From: Antechinus flavipes
Taxonomy: Eukaryota
Length of the DNA: 64,000 nucleotides
Direction: 5' to 3'
Assembly: GCF_016432865.1 (NCBI RefSeq)
Contig: NC_067403.1
Span: 245,396,001 to 245,460,000 of the forward strand
Under the pieces are notes generated by a model that saw nothing but the letters and a program-made list of their open reading frames with translations, did not search any database and was not told the DNA's origin. The translations under genes and the position numbers were made by a program. The number at the start of each line of letters is the position of its first letter. The first letter of the stretch is position 1. This document shows positions 1-12,339 of the stretch, piece by piece.

Positions 1-800
1 CTTCAACCACTTTTGGAAGGATATGTAAACTATGGGTCTGTCACCATGATTACCTTTGATATAAGAGAGATTGTCAAATGATCATATTTTATTAATAACC
101 TGTTGACATAAATGATTAAATTAATTAGAAACCATGTCTCTTAAAAATATTTTAATGTCTTACAAGCATAGTATATACATATGGAAAAGATAATGAAGGT
201 TAAATAATATGTGTTTGCTACCTGACAACTATCTGGTACAAATCTTATGATATAGTAATTAAAGAAAGAGAAATTAATTATTGCCTAAAGATTATAAAAC
301 AAGACTACACAGTGGAATGAAGACAAATAACACTGGTATTGAAAAATGGCAGAATTATAATAATTTTATTTTCTAGGCAATATTTTATATGAAGAACATG
401 GCTGCTGTCATTAGGCAAACAGCATGAAATAAAATAGAAAATTTAGTGTATTGCAAAATTTTATTCCTATTGAAACAGGATTTTGAGGAATTTTTTTTCC
501 TAAGAATGATGATTATAGAACTTTCTAAGTGCATAGTGTAGATTAAAGACCAAAATCACTTATTGTTTTATTTAGCTCATTTCCCCCAATTATATAGAAT
601 GTTGGAATTCCATCAGGAATTGAAAAAAATGTAACACTGAAGGTTGGAGTTGATGATGGAAACATGAAATTACATCTAGGAGAAATATAATAAATCTTCA
701 AATCCAACTTTTGCTATTTGGAAGAGTGAAACTGAAGACCAGAAAACAAGAGTGATCTTTATTCTGAATTCATCATTTTGACAGGCGGAAGAAAGACCTA

Positions 801-1724
801 ATGGTAGGAAAAAATTTCACAACTGTGATGGAATTCATTCTCCTGGGATTTTCTGACCTTCCCAACCTACAAGGATTTCTCTTTGGAATATTCTCTGTCA
901 TCTACCTAAGTATACTGATAGGGAATGGCCTCCTCATTGTTATAACCAAGATTGATTCAACTCTTCAAACTCCTATGTATTTTTTTCTGGGACAGTTTTC
1001 TTTTTTGGAAATCTGTTACACATCTGTCACTCTCCCCAGGATGCTGGTAGATCTCTACTCCCAGAAGAGAACTATTTCATTACTAGCTTGTGCTGTACAA
1101 ACTTGTTTCCTTTATATTCTGGGAGGGGCAGAATGCTTGCTCCTGACTGTGATGGCTTATGACCGTTATGTGGCCATTTGTAAGCCTCTCTACTATCCTA
1201 TTATCATGAATCACAAAGTGTGTGTTCAACTGGTTATGGCTTCCTGGATGACTGGGGTTCCATTATTAATAGAGGAGACATACCAAATTTTTTCTCTGAA
1301 CTTTTGTGGTCCCAACAAAATCAATCACATTTTCTGTGATGCCCCACCTTTATTTCAGTTGGCCTGTGGAGAAACATATAAGATAGAGGTTTCTGTCCAT
1401 GTTATTGCTCTATTATTTGGCATAATTCCTTTTCTATTGATACTTACTTCTTATGTCAAAATCATAACTACTATCTTGAAACTGCCTTCAACCTCAAAAA
1501 GATCAAAAGCCTTCTCTACTTGTTCATCTCACCTTATAGTTGTTGCCTTATTCTATGGGTCAGCATGTATTGTGTATTTGCAGCCAAAATCCACACAATC
1601 AGCGGGATCAGGAAAATTGCTTGCTCTTTTCTACACCACTGTAACACCAATGTTTAATCCCCTTATATACAGTCTGAGAAATAAGGATGTCATTGCTGCA
1701 CTGAGAAAACTACTTCCTAAATAA
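801..1724 (+). CDS. OR10AG1: Olfactory receptor, family 10, OR10AG1-like (307 aa, intact)
   Basis: All OR motifs present: N-glycosylation site [55 protein letters not shown]. Segments such as GGAECLLLTVMAYDRY, MNHKVCVQL and IAALRKLL match OR10AG1 as I recall it. Splice acceptor ttttgacAG (783-784) lies just upstream. May be a co-ortholog rather than 1:1. Confidence 0.93.
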   Translation: MVGKNFTTVMEFILLGFSDLPNLQGFLFGIFSVIYLSILIGNGLLIVITKIDSTLQTPMYFFLGQFSFLEICYTSVTLPRMLVDLYSQKRTISLLACAVQTCFLYILGGAECLLLTVMAYDRYVAICKPLYYPIIMNHKVCVQLVMASWMTGVPLLIEETYQIFSLNFCGPNKINHIFCDAPPLFQLACGETYKIEVSVHVIALLFGIIPFLLILTSYVKIITTILKLPSTSKRSKAFSTCSSHLIVVALFYGSACIVYLQPKSTQSAGSGKLLALFYTTVTPMFNPLIYSLRNKDVIAALRKLLPK

Positions 1725-2368
1725 ATCAAGTTGTGGAGCAATTAGTCAAATTTATAACCATTAGTTTTCTTTTCTTCCACATTTCCTAATATATATGACA
1801 GAGACAGAGACAGACAGAGACACAGAGATAGACACACACAGATATAGAATAGATTTAACACATTTGATGAAACTAAATATCCACCTAACTTTTATTGTTT
1901 TTCATGGAATTTGCAGTCAACTAAACAATTCAGTTTCTCTTCCTCTCTTTCTTTCTCCCTCTTTTATCTATATATGTGTATAAATACATTCATACATGTA
2001 AACATACACTTCTATACAATGTATATGTGAGTATATATATGCAAACAAACATATATACATAATCATATAATCACAATATGTGTGTATAGATAACATTAAT
2101 ATGTTTATAGTATCTATACCAAATACATAAATATATTTATAAATACATACATGTATAGATACACATATGTGACATACAGTATACCTATATATTTAGATGG
2201 GCATATTTATTGAGTAGAAACACATATAGCTAAACTAACTATATAGATCCATATATACATGTATTTTATATATCTCTATATACATATATAGATATCAATA
2301 TAGATAGCATGCACTATGCAGAATATACTATGAAAATACAAAAATAAACCTAATTATTTTTGTGTGAG

Positions 2369-2615
2369 TAGCTAAGAGTTATAGTAGATAGAACACTGGA
2401 CTTGAAGTTAGGAAGATCTGAATTCAAATCCAGCTTCAGACACTAGCTATGTGATCCTGGACAAGTCAATTAGCCTCTATTTGCCTAACTTCCCCATCTG
2501 TAAAATGGGGCCAAATGGAGAAGGAAATAACAAATCACCCTGGAATCTTTCCCCAAAAAACTCCAGGGACAAAATCTATGAGATCAATTAGAGTCAAGCA
2601 CAGGACTGAACAAAA
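2369..2615 (+). mobile_element. CORE-SINE, MAR1-like
   Basis: tRNA-like head (tagtagatagaacactggacttgaagttaggaagatctgaattcaaatcc), CORE (ctatgtgatcctggacaagtca...catctgtaaaatggg), RTE-type tail (gagaaggaaataacaaatcac). Confidence 0.75.
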
Positions 2616-2864
2616 ATAATATCATAGCACCACATTATACCTACCTGAGTATATAATTATTATATTCCATGTACACTATAGCAATTATAGGGTAATATCC
2701 ATCTATCTATCAAGCTATCATAATATATAGTTTATATACATATATAAATATTAATTTATACATATGTAGCAAAATCTAGATATGAAGACATGTGCATATA
2801 TCCATGCATGTTTATTTGTACTACATTATAGCATGTTCCACATATAATTAATGTGCTAAATGTA

Positions 2865-2865
<1 letters not shown>

Positions 2866-2898
<33 letters not shown>
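2866..2898. repeat. (TA)n microsatellite within TA-rich low-complexity tract (about 1970-2950)
   Basis: Direct read of a pure TA run. Confidence 0.9.
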
Positions 2899-2900
<2 letters not shown>

Positions 2901-3217
2901 TACATATTGTAAAGTATAAATTGAGTTATGCATGCATATATCTTATATACATAGAGAAGGGAGGAACCAACTCCAGGTCTCCCTGCCCTGCAGGTACTTC
3001 CCTTCCTTTCTCTCTCCTCATCCCTTCCTTATCCTCTTTCTCCTGACAAACAAATCATGAGGCTCCTGATTTTAAAAATGAACACAAATTATTGATTCAT
3101 TTGGGGGAAAGCATGCAATATATAAAACCTGCGGACCTTTACCTGTTGAATGGGATAGGATTATTTAAATCTTCCTTGCATCCATTTCCTGATGTCATCT
3201 TTAAGAATGAAGGGCAA

Positions 3218-4286
3218 GGGGAATGGCCAAGATGGTGGAGAGTAGACAGGTCTTTATCTGAATTCTTCCTGGAGTTCCTCAGATTAAGCCTCTGAACTGG
3301 TTTTGAAGTGACAGAATACAAGAATATTTGCAGTGTAACAAATTTCCAGCAAAAGATATTTGGGAAGAATTTCAGAAAAGGTCTGTTTCAATCAGGCACA
3401 GGAGGATTGAACAAGCACAGGTGTAGTGCAGGGACCCAGAGTTGTGTGGCTTCTATTCACAACGGGCTTCTACTGAGAGTCTCTTAGCCAAAATGGAGCC
3501 GAATTGGCTAATCTGTCCTGGTTAAGAAGACAGGATCAGCAGATTAGCTGTGAGATATCCCACACAACTACAAAAGGCAAATAATGAGTCCCGGAACCTA
3601 CAGAATAACTTGGAACTTGACCACAACATCCTGCACAGGAAGGAAGCCAGGAGCACTAGCTCCAGGATAACATAAAGGTATGGAGGAAGTTTAGGACAAT
3701 TTTTCCTTTGCCCTAAGAGTCAACATCAACCTTAAAAATGAGCAAAAAAGCAAAAAGAACTTTGACCATAAATAGCTTTTATGGAGACAGAGAAGAATAG
3801 ACCTGAAATCCTGAGGACACTAAATACTTCAAAAAGAATGCCCAAATTTTCTCCAAAAGAATCCCCAAATTGTGATATAAGTTGGTCTCCATCTCACAAG
3901 GCTCTTAGACAAATTCAAAAAAGATTTTAATAAGAATTCGATGAAAAATGGGGAAAGCAAATGAAAACTTGACAGGACAATATAGAAAAGGAAACACAGA
4001 AATTATCTGAAGAAAACTCCATTAAAAATAGATTTAGAGAAATGGAAAAAGCATATAACTCCTTATAAAATATATCTAATAAAATGGAAAAATAAAATAA
4101 CTCATTGAAAAACATAATTTGTGAAATGGAAAAAAAAATAAACAAAACAATTCATTTAAAAGCTCAATTGGCCAGATGCAAAAGGAGATAAAAAATCTAA
4201 GTGAAGACAATATTTCACTAAGAATTAGAATTGAATAAATGGAAGTGAATGGCACAAGAATCTGTCAAACAAAACAAAACAAAAAT

Positions 4287-4326
<40 letters not shown>

Positions 4327-7300
4327 CCTTATTGGAAAAACAACTGATCTGGAAAATAGATCAAAGAGAGACAATCTAAGGAATATTGGACTTCCTGAAG
4401 GCCATGATGAAAAAAAGAGTCTAGACAACATCTTTCAGGAAATCTTCATGGAAAATTGCCCTGATGCCCTAGAACCAGAAGGACCTGAGGGTAAAATAGC
4501 CATTGAAAGATTTCATCAATTACCTCCTGAAAGAGACAACAAAATAAAAACTCCAAGGAATATTGTAGCTGAATTTCAGAATTATCAGATCAAGGAAAAA
4601 ATATTATAAGCAGCCAGAGAGAAACAATTCAAATATTGAGGAGTCACAATCAGGATAACCCAGTACCTAGCAGCTTCCTCTTTAAAGTACAGAAGTGCCT
4701 GGAATATGATATTCCAAAGGGCAAAGGAACTTGGATTGCAAACTAGAATCTACCATCCAGGAATTAAGCATCATATTTCAGAGAAAAAAAAAAAAAGACA
4801 TTCAAAGAAACAGGTGAATTTCATTTATTTCTGATAAGAAGACCAGAGCTGAACAGAAAATTTTATCTTCAAACACAAAGGTCAAAGAAATATAAAAAGT
4901 TAAAAATGAAAGAAAAAAATATTTCTTTTAAAAGTTACAAAATTCATATCCCTATATGGGAAGATGATATGTTTAATAATGGATTCTTTCCTAAAATGAT
5001 CCGTAGCATCTATGTAAAACCATCAGCAAACATCATATATAATGGGCTTAAACTAGATGCATTCCCAATAAGATCAGGTGTTAAACAAGGTTGCCAGTTA
5101 TCACAATTACTATTCAATATTCTACTATAAATGTTAGTTTTAGTAATAAGAGAGGGAAAAAAAATTAAACAAATTGGAGTAGATGAGGACAAAACCAAAT
5201 TATCATTCTTTGTAGATAATGTGATGGTATATTTAAGAGAATCCTAGAGAATTAAATAAAAATAACTGTTAGAACCAATTCACAATCTTAGCAAAGTGGA
5301 GAATGCATAATAATTACATATAAATCATGAGCATTTGTATATGTTATCAACAAAGTCCAGCAGCAAGAGATACAAAGAGAAACCCCATTCAAAATAATTG
5401 TAGATGATATAAAGTATTTGAGAGTCTACCCACCAAGGCAATGTCAGTAACTATATGAACACCATTGCAAGGCACTTTTCATACAAATAAAATCTAATGT
5501 AACCAATTGGAAAAACATCAAATGCTCATGGGGTGGCCAAGCTAATATAACAAAAAATGACAATACTCCCAAATTAATCTACTTATTCACTGCCATACCA
5601 ATCAAACTCCCAAGTAATTATTTTACAGAGCTAAAAAAAAAAAATTAACAACATTCATCTGCAAAAATAAAAGATCAAGCATTTCAAGGGGATTAATGAA
5701 AAAAGAAATGCAAATGAAGGCGGACTAGCTGTACCAGACCTAAAACTATATTATAAAGAAGCAGTCATCAAAACCATTTGGTAATGGCTAAGAAGTAGAG
5801 TTATTAGATTAGATCAGTGAAATAGGTTAGATTCACAAAAGACAGTAGTCAGTGATTATACTATCTAGTGTTTGATAAACCCAAAAAGATTCCAGCTTCT
5901 GAGATAAGAACTCATTATTTGATGGAAATTGTTGGGAAAATTGGAAATTGGTACAAAAGAAACTAGGCATTGACCTACATCTAACACCATGTAGTAAGAT
6001 AAAATTGAAATGGATTTGTGATTTAGATACAAAGAGTAATACAATAAGCAATGAGAAGAATAAAGGATGATCTATCTCTCAAATCTGTGGGTAAGGAAGG
6101 AATTTGTGGCCAAAGGAGAACTAGAATACATTATGGAATGCAAAGTAGATAATTTTGATTATATTGAATTATGTCAAAAAAGTTTTTATACAAACAAAAC
6201 CAATATAGACTAGACTAGAAGAGAAATAATGAGCTGGGGCAAAATATATATCCAAGGCTTCCAATAAAGGATTCATTTCTAAAATGTGTAAAGAATTGAC
6301 TCAAATTTATAGAAATTCAATCATTCTCCAATTGATAAATGACCAAAGGCTATGAAACAACAATTTTCAGATAATGAAATTAAAACAATTTCTAGTCATA
6401 TGAAAAGGTGTTCTAAATCATTATTGAACATAAAAAATGTAAATTAAGACAATTCTGAGGTACCACTACACACTTCTCAGATTGAGTAAGATGACAGGAA
6501 AAGATATTCATGAATATTGGAGGAGATGTGGAAAAACTGGGATACTAATATATTGTTGGTGGAATTGTGAATTAATTTAACCATTCTGGAAAGCAATTTG
6601 GAAATATGCCCAATGGGCTATCAAACAGTGCATACCCTTTAATTCAACAATGTTCCTACTGGGTCTGTATCTCAGAGATCATGAAAAAGGGTAAATGACC
6701 TATGTGTACAAGGATGTTGTAGTAGATTTTTTTGTAGTTGCAAAAACTGGAAGTTGAGTGGAAACCCATTAGTTGGAGAATGGCTGAATGAGTTATGGTA
6801 GATGAATGTTATGGAATATTATTGTTTTAAAAGAATCAATCAGCAGGATGATTTCAGAGAGACCTGGAGAGATATATATGAACTCATGTAAGTAAAATGA
6901 GTAGAACAGATCAATTTACATAGCAACAATAAGATTGCACGATGACCAATTCTGATGGATATGGCTCTTTTCAATAGAGAGGTTAATTAGGCCAGTTCTA
7001 ATGGTCTTTTGATGAAGTGAGCCATCTTCATCCAGAAAGAGGAACTGTGTGGGATCTGAGTGTGGATCACAATGTGATATTTTCACTTTTTGTTGTTGTC
7101 TGCTTGCATTTTGTTTTCTTTCCTATTTTTTTTTTCTTTTTGATCTAATTTTTCTCATGCAACATGATAATTGTGGAAGTATGTGTAAAGAAATTGTATT
7201 TATTTAAGACAAATTCCATTGCTTGTCATTTGAGCGAGAGGGCAGAAAGAAGGGAAGGGAAAATTTGAAGCATTAGGTTTTGCAGGAGTGTATGTTGAAC

Positions 7301-7345
7301 ATTGTCTATTTATATGTTTTGAAAATAAAAAGCTTTAATTAAAAA
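3218..7345 (+). mobile_element. LINE-1 with both termini, internally deleted and inactive (5'UTR, ORF1, RT-to-end of ORF2, 3'UTR, polyA)
   Basis: 5' start ggccaagatggtggag; ORF1 ATG at 3738; ORF track 4289-4609 gives the ORF1 RRM segment (KYLIGKTTDLENRSKRDNLRNIGLPE); ORF track 4906-5130 gives RT ([13 protein letters not shown]...[15 protein letters not shown]); aataaa and A-tail at 7323-7350; degenerate TSD aagaatgaagggcaa (3203-3217) / aaaaatgaaaagcaa (7346-7360). Confidence 0.92.
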
Positions 7346-7419
7346 AAAAATGAAAAGCAAACAACAACCTCTGTCTTAATCCTTGAATGTGTGTTGTCTC
7401 AGTGAAATTGACAATTGTT

Positions 7420-7590
7420 AGAGAAAGATCGTAGCTTAAAAGGGCTAAAGTCTCCCACTATATCCAAAGACATCTCCACATCTATATCTTGCCATTGGAT
7501 GCAAATAGCACTGGAAGACAAAGTAAGAATGGTAACTTTGAACCTCATTCATACTGAAATCCAACTTACTTGCAATTCATGGTATCACTA
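7420..7590 (+). mobile_element. RTE-related SINE/LINE fragment (WALLSI/RTESINE-like)
   Basis: ctatatcttgccattggatgc...ggtaactttg...aaatccaacttacttgcaattcatggtatcac resembles the marsupial RTE-derived SINE body as I recall it. Confidence 0.55.
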
Positions 7591-7829
7591 AACGTATCTG
7601 TAACTCAGATTTTTTTCTCCATTTACCAACATGTACATATCCTGTCATGTTTATACTTAAGTATCCTACATTTCCTAATAAACATATAATATTTTTATCA
7701 GTTCTATTTCTTTTTTTTAAGCATACCTTTTTTACAAAGCCACTTTCAATTATGGGCTTCATTTCACTAAATATGTGAAATACTAAGAGACCCATTTTAG
7801 TTTTTGCATAGGATTCATTTTATGAGTGA

Positions 7830-8250
7830 AATATGAAGTAATGTTATGTTCTAGACCACAAGTCAGTCAGTGCAAAGGAACTAAGATAATGGATCACATG
7901 GTATATGTGAGAGACAACAAAAAGCCAGTTACTCCTGACCATAAAATGTGAGAAAGGGTGAAGTATAAGAGACTAGTCAGATAGCAGCAAGTTTATAAAG
8001 AACTCTAAAGATTAAAAAAGTGATATTTTATCCAGATTGTATTAAGTAAAAGAGTGACATGATTAGATTTATGGTTAAAAAATAAAAATACTTTTCAAAT
8101 TTAGTAGAAGGTGAATTGGTAATGGAAATGGACTTGAAAGAGGAACACCAATTAGGAATTCATTGTAATAGTCAAGGTAAGAACTAACAAGTGACTGAAT
8201 TAATGTAAAAGTTATGTGAACATTAGGTAGGCTATTAATTTGTTTTGTGA
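7830..8250 (-). mobile_element. L2 LINE fragment, old
   Basis: gtgacatgattagattt...ccaattaggaattcattgtaatagtcaaggtaaga is the typical reverse-strand L2 pattern. Confidence 0.55.
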
Positions 8251-8429
8251 AAGTGAAGATGCATTCCATCATTGTTCAGGAATTCAAAATTGATCAATTC
8301 ATGTACAATGTTGTCATATAAATTTTAATTCAATTATATCACATATAATAATTATAAAATTTTATAAGGATCCAGAAGACATCTAATCCAACTCTTTTAA
8401 AACACCTTTTAAATCTCAATGGATATATG

Positions 8430-8800
8430 TGTCAAGATGAAACAGAGAATTACAAAGTAGTAACAACAAAAGGCTTTAATTAAAATAAGGGGATTTCATT
8501 TCAGGACAACACAGAGCGCCAAATTATGGAGTGCTAGATAGAGGCAAAAGGGACAAATTTAAACTCTTTTAAATACATCTCAATAAGGCAAGTTTTTGGA
8601 AGGCATAACCTTCCAAATCTTTTACATAAGTTGTTTTGCCACGTAGCCAAAAGTCCATAGCAAAGGCTGGGGAAGCTAAGGGAGTGGTGACATCTGGTCA
8701 GAACAGCTGGCTCCAGGTGCAACAACAAGGAATTTCTAGAGAAGCCATAGAACTGGCTCTAACTGGTTCAATACTGCTCTGAACATGGACTCAGGATCAG
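8430..8800 (-). mobile_element. Possible solo LTR
   Basis: Minus strand reads attaaagccttttgttg...catcttgaCA (polyA signal, U5, CA terminus). The other boundary is unclear. Confidence 0.3.
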
Positions 8801-10039
8801 ACAGCCTCTCTGTTGTCTGCATTCAAATATTGTCTCTCCAATCTATATTTGAAGACTTCCAGTGATCATATGTTGATATGTTGGGGAACACTGGCTCATC
8901 AGCCATTTAAATTATGTTACCTTTTTCATTTCAACTTTGTGGAAGAGGACATCTCTTTTTTTATTTGTTTTAAACTTTTTTTTTTTATAGAGTTTGGTGA
9001 GGAAGAAAGAAGATAAAGGAAAATATACAATATATGCCTATCAAGAAAAAGGCTAACAAGGATATTTAACTCCTAAAGATTTTCAGGCAAAAATATTTCA
9101 ATGGTCAGAGAGGCTACTACTGAAGAAAGCTCCTATGAGTAAAAAAAAAAAAAAAAAATAGAGAGACAGAGGAAGATATGGATCTTCCCATAAGTGCTAT
9201 TTTCAGGGATAAAGAAAGCTTAAAGAGACCATACCCATCCTACTTGCTACAAGAGAAGTGGACTCAGAACCCTTGTGAGTAACTTACCATATGAAGATTA
9301 GGATGCAGAAACTCTAAGAAAAGATTTTTAGGCAAATGGGCAAATAATGAACAAGTATTAGACAAAAGTCAAAAAGGAACTGTAAAATAAGTGATATAGG
9401 AAAAATCCTATTATGGCTCATTAACTATTCTACAACTTAAACAAATGAATATATTTTTTTTAAAGAGTAAGGTGTACATCATCAAAAATGATTTACGAGA
9501 CAAAATCCATGAGGTAATAGCAGCAATAAAAATTATTTAAAAGGGAAAACAAAAATAAAAAAGAATTCTATAAAAATAAAGACAAATTAAAAAAGCAATT
9601 GATAAAAGACTAGAATATAGAGAAAAGGAAGATAAGCAATCAAGAGTATAAAAAACATTTTTTCCCTAGAAAGAGGTTCAGAAATGAAAATTTGAGCTTT
9701 ATGAACAAAAGAAATGCAAGAGAAAGAGAAGAATGAGTCTACTGCAGAATTTAAATGAAGAAAAAAAAATCAAACATTAGAAACCAATATAAAAGCAAGC
9801 AAGAACAATGAAAAAGTAGAAATTTTAAAAGCTCCAAAACCAATGTAAGAATTTAAGCAATAAGACTCATAGAGCTGGAATGAGAGTAAGGGGATGAGAT
9901 TTTTTTTTTTTTTTTTTTTTTTTATGTTTCTACCTTCCTCTGACAAAATCTTTGAAGTTTTGATGCTTCTCTGAGGCACAGTTTAAGGTGCTTCAGAATT
10001 TTTAAGATTATTTTTCTATGGCTTAAACTTTCTTCAACA

Positions 10040-10270
10040 ACAAAAACAATAACAACTAACATTTGTGAAAGCAATTTAAGTTTTGCAAATTATTTAAATA
10101 TTATCTCATTTGATCTCCCCAAAATACTGGAATGTGAGTGCTATTAACAAACCAATTTTACAGAAGAAACGGAGATAGAGTTTAAATAACTTGCACAGAG
10201 TTATACAGCTAGTAGGTGATCTAAGCTAATATTAAACATAGATATTATTTATTTTAATTCAGGTATTCTA
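10040..10270 (-). mobile_element. MIR SINE
   Basis: attatctcatttgatc...ccaattttacagaagaaac...taacttgcacagagttatacagctagta is the reverse-strand MIR core. Confidence 0.7.
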
Positions 10271-10403
10271 TTCATACTACCATAAAATTGCCAGCTATTC
10301 TGGTTTCTAAGTCTTCTCATCTTGTCTTAACATGGTGCCTCTGTTTCACTGTCTCATACCTTAATCTAAAATTGTTGCTTTTAGCTAATCCCACCTACAT
10401 ACA

Positions 10404-10543
10404 TTTTTTCTCTAATAAAGTGTTCTGAATATCAGCATTTCAATTGAAGAAGCAGAGAATTTAATTAAGAGATTCAACTAATTAATTTCTCTGCTTTTTG
10501 AATTAAAGTATTAATATTCAGAATACTTTATTAATGAAAAAAA
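10404..10543. repeat. Long imperfect inverted repeat (about 64-bp arms, 11-nt loop)
   Basis: 10413-10467 versus the reverse complement of 10479-10533: 46/55 identical by hand count; loop agagattcaac. Confidence 0.9.
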
Positions 10544-11323
10544 GTGGATTTCCCCTTATTTGTCAACTATGAGATCTTTAATTATTTAATCCAATTCTTG
10601 ATATGTAAGATGAAAGAGTTTGAAATATCTTAATGCTAAGGCCTAGTTTCATTCTCACCTCACTTATAAATTCTAAAGTTTCTACCCCCATGTGTGGGAA
10701 CAAAAATACAAGTTATCTTTATTTATATTGTGGAGTGAAACAAATAAAAACACCTAAAATATTGCCATTGATTATCCATGAAGAAGGATTCTTGACATAC
10801 ATACATTCATAGATACAAATACATGTATGCATGCATATTAGAAAAATATACATATACATGCACATCTATGTTGAAATATATGTTTTAGACAAAAATTGAC
10901 ATTCTTTCAAAGACTTTTAAACTGCTTTGCTTCATCTATGTGTTTCTCACACAAATGTTTTGCATTTCTTCAAGAAGATAAGAACCCTGAGAATGGCCCA
11001 AGTCACCTTCTAGACTTGCAATTGCAAAGCCAATTTTACAATGAGACATTGATTTCCTAATAAGAGCTCCTTATCCATTACAATCCCAGAATTTAGAAGC
11101 CAATTACATGAAGACTTTTTATTTTTACTCAAGTCAAGATCAATGCAGGTCTCCCCGCCTGTTACCTATCTTCTTCCCTTTTCCATATATCCTCTCCCAT
11201 AAACTTGGAAGTGCCTCTGCCTGATATTGCCTAAATGATAGAGATGTGTTACCTATGATTTTGTTGTCACCCAAAGTCCCCAAAAGAGAGTTTTAATGAT
11301 ATATTTTTTGTTGTTTATTTCAG

Positions 11324-11401
11324 CCTTGACTGAGCTCCAGGGAATCTGTCCCCTAGTACCTGCACAATATAAACAGGTCTCTTGTGTAACAAATCATAGA
11401 G
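11324..11401 (+). other. Candidate non-coding 5'UTR exon of the OR5J2-like gene
   Basis: Acceptor ttgtttatttcAG (11322-11323) and donor AG|GTGAGA (11402). OR genes commonly have upstream non-coding exons. No transcript evidence. Confidence 0.35.
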
Positions 11402-12339
11402 GTGAGAATTGTTTTCTACCTCTCTTTCTAACAATTTATCAAAGCTGTTTTGTGAGTTTTTATGACTATAAGAAACCCAGATTATCTTTTGATTCAACCA
11501 CCTAGAGTTCACTTCAGTTTAATGTATGTCTAAAATACACAATGATGGAACCATTTAAGCATATTCTTTTTGATATGTATGTGTGTATTTGTGTGTGCAG
11601 GAACACAAAATTATAAAAGTTAACAGGGCAGTTTGAATAAGCTGAAATTTCAAACAATCTGTTTGGTAAGTGAAATGCATTTCATGTAATTTCTTGTATT
11701 TCTTTAAATTTTTATGAATTTCTTCATATTCTAAATGTAATAAAAAAATATAATAACAGTGGAAAGGGAGGATGTATTTGGATGTTCATGGATTATGTAT
11801 TATATTGGGTGTCTGGTTTTAAATGTTTCACTTGTAGCAAATTAAAAATTACCTGTGTGGGCCTCAATTTCCTTACCAGCAAAATAGAATTATTCATGTT
11901 TCTAATAATTAACTTCTAGAGTTCCTATGTTGATCATATGTGATACTGTGTGCAGTTTCTTTGTTCCTTAAGAGGTTATATAAAAGCTGTTGTTTTTGAT
12001 GAGGATCATGATAGATGATGATGATGATGATAAGGGTAAACAACTTCAATTGTTGAGCTATACCCTGCGGAACAAATGGGATTTTAAGTGGAGATAAGAT
12101 TAAAAACATTGAGAAAAGCATAAAAGATGACTCAGATGTTTAAAAAATAGTTTTATAAAATGGTCACGATGTCTTTTTGACTTGATCACAAAAGTCCACA
12201 AAAGTTCATATGTTGTGTTTCATATATCTAAACAGTCATACTAGGATAAACAGTGAAATATTGGAAGGGAAATCAAGACAAAAATTAAAACCTGATTTTC
12301 AATAGATTCATTTATAAAATTAAAGTAATTGACTGATTA

